A stretch of 64,000 nt of DNA from Lama glama (taxonomy: Eukaryota). Position numbers and translations under genes: made by a program. Where the stretch lies: NCBI GenBank assembly GCA_028534125.1, contig CM052816.1, positions 96,660,001 to 96,724,000 of the forward strand. Reading direction: 5' to 3'. The notes below the pieces were generated by a model. It made no database searches. It was given only the letters and a program-made list of their open reading frames with translations, and was not told where the DNA came from. Positions 1-13,714 of this stretch are shown here, piece after piece (within the stretch, counting starts at the first letter, position 1; the number at the start of each line of letters is the position of its first letter).

Positions 1-3000
1 GCAATGACCTTTTGTCTGCCTTATGACAAGAGAAAATATTCTCCCTGGTCCCCACCAGCCAGAGGAGGCATATGAACCTGGCAGGCAGCCAGATGGTCTG
101 TGTGTAAACCAAGCTTAAGAAATCTTAAAAAAAAAAAAAGTGAACTTTTGGCTTGGTAAGGCACTCCATTCTGTTCAAAAAGGGAGGGAAGCACTAGATT
201 CTCTGAGTTATGAAATAGCTGTTCAAAACCAGGGCCCGTAATGAGTCTTTCTTAGGGCAGTTCTGGAAGTGAAGTTTCTGGATCTTGTGAGGGCCGTGTT
301 ACTTGCGCTCTCTCCTGGGGCTGTTCCTGCGTCCTAGTTTGAGCCATAAGAAGGTTTATTGATTTGAGTTGCTACTGAGAGTAATAGATTCTACTCATCC
401 ACAGCCAGACAATGGATCTTTTGAACTGGAATTCTAAACAATTGTCTTATTGGTGCCTATGGAAAGACCAAAGTAAACACTGGACACAAAGAAATACAGA
501 AGTTAACCTTGGGGACTCCCATGACAAAATGAAAGAACAAAAATGAAACGCCACATCCAATATAAGATCTCCCTTCTTAAAATCCAAAGAGTTAAGCAGG
601 CCACCTTCTGGCACACCTGCTAATTTTATCTAAGAACTGTTTCTGGGAGGTATGATTATCTACAAAAAAAAAAAAAGACAAAATCTTACCAAGACAATCT
701 AGAATTTATCCGGAAGTTTTTGTCCTGAAAACTTGGCTTAGAACCACCATCAGGCTGGGAATCCCAAAATTTGACCAGATAAGGATGTGGGCTGCACGTC
801 ACTTGCAGCTTGATGTGGTTGGACGGGAAGGTGGGTTAAACTAAACTGCTGCTATAGCAGTCAGAGGAATTACAGCCTAGAATTACAATGGCCGCTATGA
901 GGAATCTTCCAACTGCCCAGATTAGTTAAAAAGTGAACTTAGAAGCAAGGGCATCCAAATCAAGCAAGCGGAATGAGATACCTATTTTACTTTATTGAAG
1001 TATAGTTGATGTACAATATTATATAAGTTAAAGGTGCAGTATATGGTGATTCACAATTGTAAAGGTTTACTCCATTTGTAGTTATTATAAAACATTGGCT
1101 ATACTCTCTGTGTTGTACAGTATATCCTTGTAGCTTATTTTACCCATAATGGTTTGTACCTCTGAATCCCCTACCCTTATCCTGCCCCTTCCCCTTCCCT
1201 CTCCCCACAGTAACCACTAGTGTGTTTTCTATATCTATGAGTCAACTTCTTTTTTGTTATATTCAATAGAATGAGCTACTTATTTTAAATGGTATGTAGG
1301 AGCCTCCAAAAGTTTTCAAAATTCCAAAATAGCTTTAATGAAAGATCTGTTGTAAAGGCTAGTGAGGAGTTAAAGACACAGGAGGTACTCAAATCCAAGG
1401 ACACTTGAGACTGGCATGGCACTTGCTCCCCTCCATCTTTCTTTCCCTGAGCACTCACATTTTGCTAATTTTCTGTCTGAGCTGCCTTTCGCTCTGAAGA
1501 GATTATTAAAACAGCTATCTTTTAAAATAAGACTATCTGAGACTACAGGTGACCCATTCAGAGATCCTTCTCTTCTGGTTAAAGGCCAAATCAAGGGCCA
1601 TAGTTAAAGAATTTCTTAAAACCAGAGAGGGTTTTTAGAAGTTTTTTTTATAAATGGATTTCCTCCTGAGATTAACAGGTAAATAAAAAGAGCAGAAAAT
1701 AAGATGGGAGGCCGTAGGGAATGACATGAATTTTCTTAGGGTTTCTCCCCTAAGTTAAAATAAATCCATGTACCCAGGTGGAAAGAAGCAAATTGAGAAT
1801 AATATAGTTAGACATGTGAATCAACATATAATGTCATTTAAGTTACAATCCAATTCTCTGAAGAATTAAAAGCAGCTGTCCTTATTGTATAAATCTTTGC
1901 AAAAGTAGAAATACAGCAAAAGGTTTGTAACCTCTCTGGGAACTTTTATCTAGAACATCATCAACTCCTAAGACTGACAGGGGAAAAAAGGCCTTCCAAA
2001 AGTACAAATTTCTATAGAAGCATCCTTGCCCTAAATCTAATTCAAGGACAAATACAAGTGACTTGTTCACAAACATTAGTAGAAAAAGTTTAAGCCATCT
2101 GAGCAGATACACTTAACTTACTCCAGCTGTTATTTATAACAAGTGAGTTTTATATTTTTATGCCTAATATATGACCAAATCATTTTAAAATGAAAATTAT
2201 AAGATTTCTGTTTGTGCCTATCTCTGTGTTTAATGAAAGGTAGAATGTATTTTTCTACCTACAGACAGTATTGCCAAAATTAACTTGTAATTTCCTTCAA
2301 TAAATAAGAACTTACATTTAAATTAAATTCTAAGGAAATATAAAAGAAATTGACACAAATGTTGTTCAAATTCATGTGATCTAGAATAATTTCAGTAAAT
2401 AAAAACTAGTTTAAGTTTGTTGGTTTTATTAATACAGATATATCTTTGGAGTTATCAACATTAAGAATAGTACTTTTATTCTACTTAAGTTTACTATAAG
2501 TCAAATAAGCTTATGCTATGTCTGTTAAAAAATTTATCAGCAAGAAAAATAACATGGCATGATAAAATTTTCACAAGAAATCTAAACATAATTGTTGCAA
2601 ATAAGTAAATTAAGTGGATGTAAGTGAGATAAAATTTTCTAGGTAAACTTTTAAAATAATTTCCCCAAATCTTGGTAGCTTGAAATCTTAAAGTGTTGCT
2701 AAGTTAAATTAAATGATGGATAGTCATTGAATATCCAGATCATTCTAAAGTAAGATAAAATACTGAAACATCAATTACCGGACATAGGTTTATCCACTTT
2801 TGGCTTCCTATTACAGAGAAAGAAAAGATACCTGGGACTTATAATAAACATGTTTGGTGTCACACTGAGAAATTTTCAGTAAGAAAGTACATTTTTCTAG
2901 ATATTATGAAATTATTTATAAATCTGCCAATCCACAGAATGGTGATGTAAAAGTTCACAATTGCTTACTTCTCCGTTTTCACTAGAAATTAAGTTTTCTA

Positions 3001-5763
3001 CATGTTAAAGAGTTTAGTTAATATATGTAATTAAGGCTAGCAATTGCAGAAATAACTCTATGCAAGGCAATTAGGATATATTGTTGATTAAGAGAAGGTT
3101 TGAGATATGGAGATGTGTTTTGCTAGAGATAAAGAGAAAGAGAGAGAGTGAGGAGAGAAAAACTTGACTTGTGTGGTCAAGTTGGCCAAAGCTGAGTGAA
3201 TTTATCATAAGGGTTATGAACTTAAGCTTTAGTATCTAATGCTATACTTATGTAAAACTGGAACTTAATTTTTTTCATCTGTTGCAAGAAGAAAATTTTA
3301 TTGAACTATTGGCCTGCTCCTGATAAGAAATTATACAAGGCTGTTTTTTTCCCCCCTTTCCTTCCTTTAAGAAATCTGCCTAGAAAGCAAAGATTTTGTG
3401 TTTTATCAAAATAATTTTGTCTTTAGTAGATCTTTGATTACTGAAGAAAACTGAGTCTTCTTAATACTAAAAGAGCTACGTTTTGCTTACAACTATGTAA
3501 TCTTTTGTACTCACCTTTGAAATTTTTTATTGTTGCTTTGATCAAATATATAATTACATAGTATTTCATAATGATTTGTGATCCTATTTAGTCAAGTGTA
3601 CAAACCTGTTTGATATTTTGGGGGCAAACTTCAGAAAATCAAATTCTAAATTAAGTCCTTTTGATCTCTAACTTTGGAATTTTCAAACTTTGGAAATTTT
3701 CAAAGATTCCCCTGAACCATCTCAAAATATTTGCTCTCTCCTCTTAAAAAGAGTGGTATTATACTAATCAAGCCTATTTGATATGTTAAAGTTCATGGGA
3801 AGCACTGAGGCACTAAAACCTTCCTAGATTACATTTGTGTGGATGTGTCTTCTTACTGTAAGTGCTACAGAAATATGAAATTCCTAGAAGTCTTACATGT
3901 CTTGCTAATATGTCTTGGTATAATGTTATCAATTGTAATCTAATTATTATCCTAAAATGTTGTATATCACAGAATAATCCAATTTCCTGTCAATTGCATT
4001 ATAATAAACTCTTATCAACCATGGCCAGTTTTAAAGTCTTCTTACAGATAGTTAATTGTTTACTCTGGTGTTTTTACAAATATGTTTCATCTTTAGAGAC
4101 ATCCATGGAGAAGACTCTGACACTTACTCTAAAATACACATTTCTGATAAACTTTCAGATCTCATCATTGAACTGGGTAGAAATTTACAAACTGTAATGA
4201 AGAAACTAATGGTTTCACAAAACTGCAAACAAAAGATCAAGATCAAGAATTAATTGCATGGGACTGAATGAATTGATAAAGATGATTATAATTTTTATGA
4301 CCTTTTTGTTTTAAACATTTCTGGTTATTTTATGTTTTGCTTTTCCAGATTTAAAAAAAAAATTCTCTCTCAAGCTATCTTTGACTTGCAGCAATTGGAT
4401 AAAGTAGACCCCTGTAAACAAAGATGAAACATTAATCTTTTTCCCCCTACTGATCCCTCCAGAGTTCAGAAATACTTATGAATATTCTTATTTTTATGGC
4501 AAAATAGTTATCTGAATAAGTTCAGTAAGAATCTATATTCCATGTAATGGGATACAACTGGAATCTGGTTATTTAACCAAGACTTTGACTGGAATGTCAC
4601 ATTTGAGACAGATCTGCATAGACTCAGATATAGTAGCCCAACAGCTTCAAGGAACTAAGGCTGACTTTATGAAGCCAATACAGCTCCTTGGAAGAACAGC
4701 CTGGTATTGGGTTCCTAGCAGCCTTGCCAGGTGAGTAAGGAGGGTCACTTCCTGGCAGGAACAGAAACCTCAAGATCTTCTGGGGACCTCAAGAAGAGAG
4801 GAATTCACCCAGATCTACAGCTATTGCAAGCAAAATTTGATGGTAAGTCCTTGGCTTGGCTTTCCTGGCCTCGAGAGGTTTTTCAAAGTTCAATCTGAGA
4901 TTCCTTTTGAAAAATTTCAGCAAAGCAGAATTTTAAAAGCCTATATAATCAATCACTATTTTTGTTACACTTATGTAAACAATCAGGCCAAGTTTAGTGA
5001 AACTGGACTACTTTGCAAACAAATTAGTCTTACTTTGGTAAAAATGAGGGCAATTTGAGAGAGAAACATTATGTTTCAGTAATACACACTTGTGAATATT
5101 AGATTCTAGTAATATCCATTCCCTTTCAATGTTTTATTTTCTACCTGAAAATTAGGTCAGATCCTGAATTCTTCTAGTGTCCTCAGATATTTGGCTATAA
5201 CTCTCCACACCAACATTTCCAGTTATTCTCCCTTCTGACTTCGAATTATTAAGAACTAAAACAGCCCTTTTTCCAAAGCCAGGCAAGCTTGATATAATCT
5301 TTAAAGTAATCTCCACAACAGCTCATGCATGGATAATCTTCATGCCTGTTGCTGTGTAGCCACTCCGAAAGATCACCAGAGACATTCAAAGTGCAAACCA
5401 GGAAAATACAAACCAGGAAAATATATCAGATTGTCACTGCCTGCCCTCACTCTACCTGAAGATGCTTCAAGTTGGACATCTAGAAATTTTTTCGGCTGGC
5501 TGCCTTCAGAACTCAAAAACTGGCATTAAAGTCCGCTCCAATCATAAACCATTTCTTTGCTTTCATTGCCATACAAATGCCTCTTATTAAATACCTGATT
5601 GCTTGCACCAAAGGCCTAACTTTGGGAGCCCTCCTGCATTACCAGCTCCTGAAATGAGACATGACACTCTACTCTGAGGACTGACTGGTTCACTGAGATG
5701 GAAAAACCTACCAACTCAACTTCCAGACTGTGAAACTGTTTGAAGATGTTTCAAAAGCATGAC
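1..5763 (+). mobile_element. Decayed ERV1 internal region (MER4-group, MER34-int-like), 5' end outside window
   Basis: Degenerate gag-like peptide remnants at about 601-705 and 877-1350 (PPSGTPANF..., LELQWPL*GIF..., KQAE*DTYFKWY..ASK). A long AT-rich body typical of non-autonomous MER4-group internals ends in TTTCAAAAG (decayed polypurine tract) directly before an LTR starting TG at 5764. No intact ORF. Confidence 0.75.
989..1268 (-). mobile_element. 5'-truncated L1 3' end (cetartiodactyl L1_Art-like) inserted in the ERV
   Basis: TTTATTGAAGTATAGTTGATGTACAATATTATATAAG... is a reverse-strand L1 3' UTR. It is flanked by an 18-bp near-perfect TSD, GAATGAGATACCTATTTT (971-988) / GAATGAGCTACTTATTTT (1269-1286), followed by AAAT, which fits the TTTT/AA endonuclease site. 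Confidence 0.85.
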
Positions 5764-6242
5764 TGAGGGAGTTCAGAATAAGCCTCCCCCAAAATATGCC
5801 ACTATGGTATGTGGAGTATTCTAAGCTAAAGTCAATCAAAACCCTGTGGGCTCAAGAGAAAACTCTGCCTCCACCCATAGCTACCTAAAAGTATTTAAAT
5901 TGAGAGTCTTTCCAGAATAATTGTTATTACCAGAGATAAACTTTATCTGAATGGCCCATCTATATGGCAGGGCAAACAATCACCCAACATCGGCTCTTTT
6001 CCTGGTCAGCCTGTAAATTACCCTCCTGACCTTAGAAACCCGAGACCCCTACCCCATTTCTTAGCTTAGGATGGTATATAGACCTCATTTTATCGTCCTG
6101 TCTTTGATTATCTCATGTATGTGGTGTTCCCCTATATAAGAATTAAATTTGATTTCTCCCCCTGTTACTCTGTCTTATGTTGATTTGATAATTAGACCAG
6201 CGAAAGGAACCTTGGAAAGGGAGAGAAGAATTCTTTCCTACA
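5764..6242 (+). mobile_element. ERV1 LTR, MER34 family (3' LTR of the provirus)
   Basis: Begins TGAGGGAGTTCAGAATAAGCC...CCAAAATATGCCAC (MER34-type 5' end), carries a TATA-like TATATA and an ATTAAA, ends ...TTCCTACA. TG...CA termini, about 480 bp. Confidence 0.8.
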
Positions 6243-9009
6243 TTCTCAAGATAAACAATAACTAGTCCTTAAATTGACAGGGCTATTTGTCACACATAGT
6301 CCATCCTAAATACACTTGGTAATAAGGGTTACTGTCTGTTGCTTGATTGGCTTTAACCAATAAAATATTGTACTATAAAAAGCTCTCCTCTGTCAAATAG
6401 ATACAAAAGGCACCTTTAATTCAAGCTCAGAATTCAGTTAGGGATAGAATTAGGATTAGGTAAACTTCCAAGTTTAGGTGGTCCATGAGTATGTCTGAAT
6501 AGCTGGGAGAATTCGGTAAGTCACATCCCTACTCTTCAGCTTTTATTGTGAATACTTACTCCCTCCTGGCCTTTTGAAATGCACTGCTAGAAAGTTACAA
6601 TTAATTATTCAGAAGGCCAGAAATACCTTTGCCTGTTATCTTTATGAAATGCAAATTAGAGTCAGAAAAATAAGATGGTGACTGAAAATAAAGCATAGAA
6701 CCATGGTCACTGCTTATGTAAGTACCTTCAAAGTCAGGACATCGAGGGAGATTAGGGAGGGGGGATTTTTTCTTTTAAAATTAAACTCTCAATGCTAAGC
6801 CCCTTATGAAACTTTTTTTTCTTCATTTGAAGGAATAATTTCTTAATCGGCTGTACTTTCATGAAAGCAGCTTTGAGCTTTTTTGCAAGAGAGCGGGACT
6901 GTTTCAAAGCAGGGCCTGCTGCTCAGAATTGCAATATTGTCTCATTAAAATGAGAGTCTCCAGCTGGGCAGGGACATGAGCCAAGGTCAAAAAGAAGAGT
7001 CAGAATTCATTAAGAGTTCCACACTAAAAACTCATATTTAAATCAATCTCTTAGAAATCCTATCTAAAATGTAAACCCATGACCATCTACTCTTCAGAAG
7101 CCAAATGGTCCTCTTCACTTTATCTGGTATGGGCTGAACTAAATGCCAATACTTTTTTCCCTTCCCAAAGTTGGAAGGACTTTCAGATATCAGTGGAAGA
7201 TCTTGAGGTTACAGAGCATCCGGGTAGAGACCTTTGAGTTCAATTTATCCATTTAATGACCTGGTTTTTTTTTTTCAGTTTGGATCTCAGTCCAGGTAGT
7301 TAAGATACTTTCACGGAATATAACCCATAGGTTGTAACTTTGTACTATTTAAATTTACATAAACATTTTAACAGTATATAACAAGAGACATTTTTCCAAA
7401 ATTAAAGTACATTTTAAAATACCTTTTATGTTCACTTCTTTGAGAAGTATCAGCACAGATTCGTTATCCTTAACAAAACAAGATGTTTCCACGTCTATGT
7501 GGGAGAATAAGTAATGACCAGAATAGACATTACTCACTCTATACTATGTGATGTTAATTACACTGAACAGGTGTTCAAACACAACTTCCCCCCAAAACAT
7601 TTTGAAAAAAATCTATTATTACTTGTCAAAAACAAACAAAATGCTTAACATGGATTGAATTCAGGGAGAGGAACAGCAAGACTGGGAGACAACAGAAATG
7701 GATTTTTTTGTATATAAACCTTATGAATTTTGTCCATATAAAACTACCTATTATTGCAAACAAACAAAAAGCAAAATTATAAATAGGAGAAGTGATATGG
7801 GGGGGAACACTTTATTCTGCTCTATTCTGTGGTTACAATGACTGAAACCTATAAGGGTAGGAAAAAAATCATTAGAATTTTCTTTTGTCTTTACTATTCT
7901 ACCAGTAGGAAGAAGAGCTATTGAGCAACAAAGTAGCCAGAAGGAAAACGAAAGAAGATGAGTAACATGTATTAAGCTTCGCAGCATTGGGATTCTTGCA
8001 TTTATTCGATATTTATTTGGTGTATATGTTATTTTTCAGTGAGAACACTAACAAATCTAGAGGTAAAACTTGAGGCCCTGACATTCTTTGCACACACACG
8101 TAATGAAGACGTTTCACAAAATACTCCCGCAAGTGTTACCTTAGACCTCAAATATTAACTGAGCAGTTATTATATGCCAGTACCCTCTGCTAGTAAAGGA
8201 ATTTTAAGCCTCACATTTAGTAGAAAGACCTAGAAAGCTGTGTTTACCTGGGCCTCCTTCCTGCTACCACTGCATTCTTTGTAGGTTTGGCAATCTTGAG
8301 GAAAAAATTCTTCTAGGCAGATATTTTCTCTCCATCTACCCTAAGAATGATGAAGATAAGTACTAATTTTGTCAAAATCCTGCTCTCCCAAACTAAAGTC
8401 TCTCTCAAGCATATCTCAGTTTTACTTTTACATTCTAAAATACATTCATAGCAGAGGTGTTAGCCAACCCTAAAATCCATGGAGAGTGAGCTTGGACAGT
8501 GAAAGAGAAGGCTGAGGAGAAGGTGCCTTCTAATGACTGCTCTGTGGCAGGTCTATAGTGAGAGGAAATGGCCAAATCTTAAGGGTTTTCACAGCAGACA
8601 CATCGCAGGGTGGTTATGAGGAGTAAGGGAAATAATTGAGGAAAAATTGTTTGGCAGAAGATCTGGAATTTTAAGCAACATTTGTGTTGAGTGTGCAGGT
8701 TTTTTTTTTCCTGGCATTTGTTTCATATTTTAAATAAAAGAGGCAGAGTGTTGGAGTCATGCCTCAGACAGGAAGATGACCTTTTCCCTGCCTAGAGTCA
8801 CACAGGCTTGCAAAACCCCACCCAGCAGTCACTGATATGACCAGAATCAGCAGTGCACTTAAGCAGAACCGTGTCAACAGCCAGTTGCAACAAAGACGAT
8901 AGAGAAACAGAATGTAGACAGTAGTCCAGGCAATGAAGTTTCAAAAATCTCTGTAATTATGAATATCGTCTGATGCCAAGAATCAAATGGGTACAACACA
9001 GAGTGTCTC

Positions 9010-9360
9010 TAAAATGCTCTTCCTCAAGATCTTGACATGGCTCACTCCTGTCCTCTAATCTACTCTCTGCTCAAATGGCATCTACTCAGAGAAGTCTTCC
9101 TGACAGTCCCACTTACAACAAACTCCAAACCCGCCACTCCGGCCTCTCTGTCTCTCTCTCACCCATTTTGACATTATACACACACCTTGTTCACTTGTTA
9201 ACATGTTCTCTTTTTTTTTTCCTGACTAAAGTGTAAATCTCAGGGAGGTGGGGGGGCCCTTGTGTTCTTCTCTGTCCCCCTACTGCCCCTGCACATGCTG
9301 CGGCAGGCAGAATCTCCATGGATGTCAGTCTGCTGGCTGGGTGAATGAATGCATGGATGG
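9010..9360 (+). mobile_element. L2 LINE 3' fragment
   Basis: AATGCTCTTCCTCAAGATC...GCTCAAATGGCATCTACTCAGAGAAGTCTTCCTGAC...GTGAATGAATG tail typical of L2 3' ends. Confidence 0.6.
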
Positions 9361-10021
9361 CAAAAGAGAGTCACAACTAGTACAGACCCTGAAGGTCCCC
9401 TGGGTCTATATTCTAATCCCTGCCGTTTATTGCTACACAACTCAGGGCAATGGAATAAGATTAGTGCGAGTCTCTAAATTGCTTTGGAGGTTGGGTCAAT
9501 CCATGAAATATATTTAGCACAGTGCCTGGCACATCATAAAGACTCAGTAAGTGATAGTTATTACGTCATGGACAAGAAGTAGGTCGCGTGTCTCAGTCTC
9601 TGGCAGGTGTCGTTGAATTACTAGAGCGGACCTGGAGCAATCTCAATTCTGTCCTAAGAAGCCTGGACTGTCTAAGCATGTAGGGTGGTTGTTGCTCAGC
9701 GGGCCCCAAGCAGCACCTAACAGCTGGTCAGGCTGGGCTGGCTGGTGGTTGATACTAGAAACACACTGCAGCCTTGCTCTGTGTTACTTGCAATTTGCTG
9801 TGTATGTAATCATATAAATTATTAATGTATGTAATTTTGTTACATAGCTTGATGCATAGACTAAGGCTTTTCCAGCTAACTCTTTTGTATGAAGGAGCAT
9901 ACATCACTGCAAGAAGAAGGATCAAGTAATGAAAAATTGTTTCTAGCAGATATTGTGAAGTCTCCTTCCTTGCTTAAATATCTACACACCAAATAAAACA
10001 TATTTTTAATGATTTGCTGGG

Positions 10022-10534
10022 TATATTGGCTACATAAAGGCTCAACTGCACTGTGTAACAAATCACCCCAACTCCAGGGGCTTGAAATAACAATAAATTA
10101 GTCTTATGCTCATTGATCCATGAGTTAACTTCACCTTGGCCAGGGAAGACTGAACTCTATCTAGGGTCTGGGTTCTAGGATTCAGGCTGAAGGTAAGGTT
10201 CAACGTTATTTCATGTTTTGCTTATTCTCCTTGGACCAGCTTCTGCTCACAGCATCTGGTCTGCAACATGTGCCTCATTCTGGGGTCCGGGCTGAAGGGT
10301 CAGTGTTTGCCTGGGGTGTAGACTTCTCATGGCAGATCACTGGAGTTCAAGAGGGCAAGCTTGGCCACACAAGTACCATTCAAACCTCCATTTGCATCAA
10401 ATCTACTACTGTCCTATTAACCAAAGCAAGGGGCATGGACAAGCCTAGAGTCAGGTGGTGTACTAGTGCATGCTGCCTGGCGTGAGGCCATTTTCCAGAG
10501 CAGAGACTCAGGACCACTGATTCAATCTGCCACA
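10022..10534 (-). mobile_element. ERVL-MaLR solo LTR (old MLT1 subfamily)
   Basis: GTAACAAATCACCCCAA...GGCTTGAAATAACAATAAATT...TTCTCATGGCAGA...AATCTGCCACA matches the reverse orientation of MLT1 LTRs. Confidence 0.7.
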
Positions 10535-10869
10535 CCAAACTTGCCGTAAGTGAGAGACAGCTCCCATCTTAACCACTGCCAGTTTCTTTCAGGAAAGAAA
10601 AAAGAAAAGTCACCTTAAACCTCATAAGAGTGTAGGGGAAGTGAACAAATGCAAAACGCAGTGTTTCCCCGATGGCTAATCTAGTGTCAGTGATGTTCTC
10701 AGAAGACTAAGTTCTGGACTCGGGAAAGGCTACAGAGATAAGAGGACACAAACGTCATTATAGGGGCAAATATAACATACGTATTTTAATAATTTTTTAG
10801 GTTAAGTAGTCAGAAAATTAGGCAAATTACAGATCTCAAATATATAATTAATATTTGACTTAATAGGGT

Positions 10870-10873
<4 letters not shown>

Positions 10874-10913
<40 letters not shown>
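10874..10913. repeat. (TA)n microsatellite, about 20 units
   Basis: Perfect TA dinucleotide run read directly. Confidence 0.97.
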
Positions 10914-10916
<3 letters not shown>

Positions 10917-10919
10917 GTC

Positions 10920-13050
10920 TACCTGACAAATCATAAATAAATATTCTTCATGAACACACTTGAAACTTTAAAAGAGACTGAACATAATGAACATAAACTA
11001 GACCTAAATAAAGTTACCAAAAAAATTTAGAGAATTGAATATATGCTCTAAAAAAATTTAAATTAAATCAGAGGTTAATAACATAAAATACACAAAAATA
11101 TCTCATATTTGCAGAAACTAAAACACACACATAAATATTTAATGGTCCAGGAAGACATAATAATGAAAACTTAATATGGTTATACCTCAACAGTAATGAA
11201 AATATTACAAATCAAAATCTGTGGAAGACATTAAAATAACTTAGAGACAAATGTATAGTTTAAAATAGTCATGTTAGAAGAGAAAGGGCTGATAATTAAT
11301 GAGTTAAATGTAAGTCTTCAGTTAGATAAAAAGTTAGATAAAAAATGTAAGTCTTCAGTTAGAATAAGACCAAAGAAAATGGAAGATAATTAATATAAGA
11401 GCAAAGAGCAATGAAATAGGAAGCCAAGAGGCAATAAAAGGGATCAACACATCCAAAAGACGTTTCTTCAAAATGACTAAAGAAATGGATGAACTCTTAT
11501 GAATGAATTAGGAAAAAAGAAAAATGTCTGAATAAGTAATATTAAATTTGAAACATTTAATATAAAAGGAACATATTTACTTACAAAAGAGAAATGACAA
11601 AGATAACATGTGGGTACCATGAACACATTTACGACAGTAAATTAGAAACTGTAGATTAAACAGAAAATTTTCTAGGAATATATTACTCTGTTGCGTGGCC
11701 CCCAGGCCACCCCCGGGTTTGATGACTTGCTAGGACAGCTCACAGGGCTCAGCATATAGTCATACTCCAGGCTGCGATGTATTACAGCAAAATGAGCAAA
11801 GGGAGAGGCCACAGGCTGGAGTCAGAAGGCAGCCAGGCGCAAGTCTCCACGGGTCCTCTCCCCGTGGAGTCGCACAGGACAGGTTTCATTCCTCCAGGAA
11901 AGAGTGGTGACAACACAGGTGAAGTGTTGTCTACCAGGCCAGCTTAGGACTGACCCAGTGCCCGAAGTCTTCACTGGGGGCTGGTCACATGGGGGCTCTG
12001 CCAGCTGTTACCCAAATTCCAGAGCCCTAGAAGGAAAACAGGTGATCAGCTTAAAGCACACTGTTTTCACAAACAGATAAGGCAAAATGAGTCACTCTAA
12101 TCAGCTTGGGAAATAGTGGAAATCTTCCCCAAATCCATGTTCCCAGTTGCCAGGCAAGGGCCTTTGTAAGGAAAGCAATCTCAGGCCAGTTATGTTAACT
12201 TATCCATACAATTACATACTCAAACTAACTCAAAAAGAGATGGACAGCGTAAGTGGCTGTATAACCATTGAAAAATTGAATCAGTGGTTCCAAGTATTTC
12301 CATAAAGAAAATAGCAGGCTAAGATAAATTCATGGTGAATTCTGCCCAAATTTCAAAAATAGATCATCCACAACTCATACAAACTCAAATAAGAGCTTGT
12401 ATTCTTGAAATCAGTGTATGTAGTGGGCAATAAACTTGACACTAGGCAAGAACAGTATGAGTTTAAAAAAATATAGCTCAATCTCACTCTTCAATAAAGT
12501 TTTAAACATTTATACAAAAATTACCAAAGTGAGTCCCTCAGTATATTTAAAAAATTAAACTGGGTTTTTTACTTGAAATGCAAATTTATAACTAGACACA
12601 TCTGTAAATGTCATTCCCACATGAACCAATTAAAGGAGAAAAAACATGATTATTTCAACAGATGAAAAAACAGTATTTAATGCCTGTACATGATTTGTGA
12701 AAATATATAATTTTAGAAGTCAAGAAATTGAATGAATCCTATTTATCTGATAAAATCTGTTTATTCCAAGCATATATTGAAAGGATCATTCTTAATGGTG
12801 TAAAATTATACACATTAAAATCAGAACTAAAATATTCAGGTAATAATATACATAATGCACAGGTTATTGGTTTCCTCGAGGGATGAAACAGGGGGATGAG
12901 ATCAGAAAGAGCCTTATGATAGTCACAGAGAGAGATCTAACAGCTCTGCCTGTTACGTTGGGTAGTGACTTCGTGGGTGTTCATTTTATTATATGCCACA
13001 ACTTACACATATATCACATCTAATACTTTGCATGACTAAAATCTACAAGA
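10920..13050 (+). mobile_element. Ancient L1M (L1MD/L1ME-like) ORF2 and 3' fragments, interrupted by an LTR
   Basis: A-rich, heavily decayed ORF2-like sequence (AAAATCTGTGG.., AAATGGATGAACTC.., AATTGAATCAGT.., AAACATGATTATTTCAACAGATG) and an L1ME-like 3' end (GGGTGTTCATTTTATTAT). Confidence 0.7.
11687..12210 (-). mobile_element. ERVL solo LTR, MER21/MER77-like
   Basis: CCCCAGGCCACCCCCGGGTTTGATGACTTGCTAGG...CTCAGCATATAGTCATACTC...CTCAGGCCAGTTATGTTAACT, with a perfect 5-bp TSD ATTAC (11682-11686 and 12211-12215). Confidence 0.85.
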
Positions 13051-13714
13051 TGTCAAAGACAGTATTTGGATAGCATTAGCATTAGATAAACATGAAAATC
13101 TGCAATTGATTTAACATCAGCATATATTCCTAACATGACATTTGTTAGCATTTGCATTAATGTTCCTATTTGGGTAGGGAAAGTTTATCAATCCTATTAG
13201 TTAAAGAATTTTAAATATGTTAATCTTACTTGGCTTTCATTAAAGTTAACTTTCATTAAGTTAATCTTACTTTGGTTTTGAGGCAATAAGCCACTTTGAT
13301 GGGTATGTCTGCGTTCTCTGAAGTCTCTATTTTTAACCACTGTGCTCTACTGTGCTACACTGTGCTATAGCTCCTAAATGTTCAGACCCCAGACCCCATG
13401 ACTCTTCCTCCATGAGGATGTAGAAATGGATGCTGAGGGCCAGTAGATCATATCTAGTATTGGATGTTCTATTCTTCCAGATTTAAAAAAAAAATCCTCA
13501 TATCTACAGTTATGCTCCCCTTTCTGATCACGACACTTATTTCTTCTTTTTCTTCATTGTCTTTATTTGTCATTTCAAAGAACATGGATCTGGGCTTTAC
13601 TGATTAACTTAAAAATTTTCTACTCTGTCTGATTTTTCCTTATTTCGTTCCTTCCACTTAATTTCATTATCTCTTCTCGAGCTCTCTAAATTTAAAGATC
13701 CACTTATTTAATTT

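Noticed and set aside
1..6242. Possible captured MER34 env gene (HEMO/ERVMER34-1-like)
   Set aside because: The longest ORF in the provirus is about 111 aa, with no env hallmarks (furin site, CX6CC, transmembrane anchor). The element is fully decayed.
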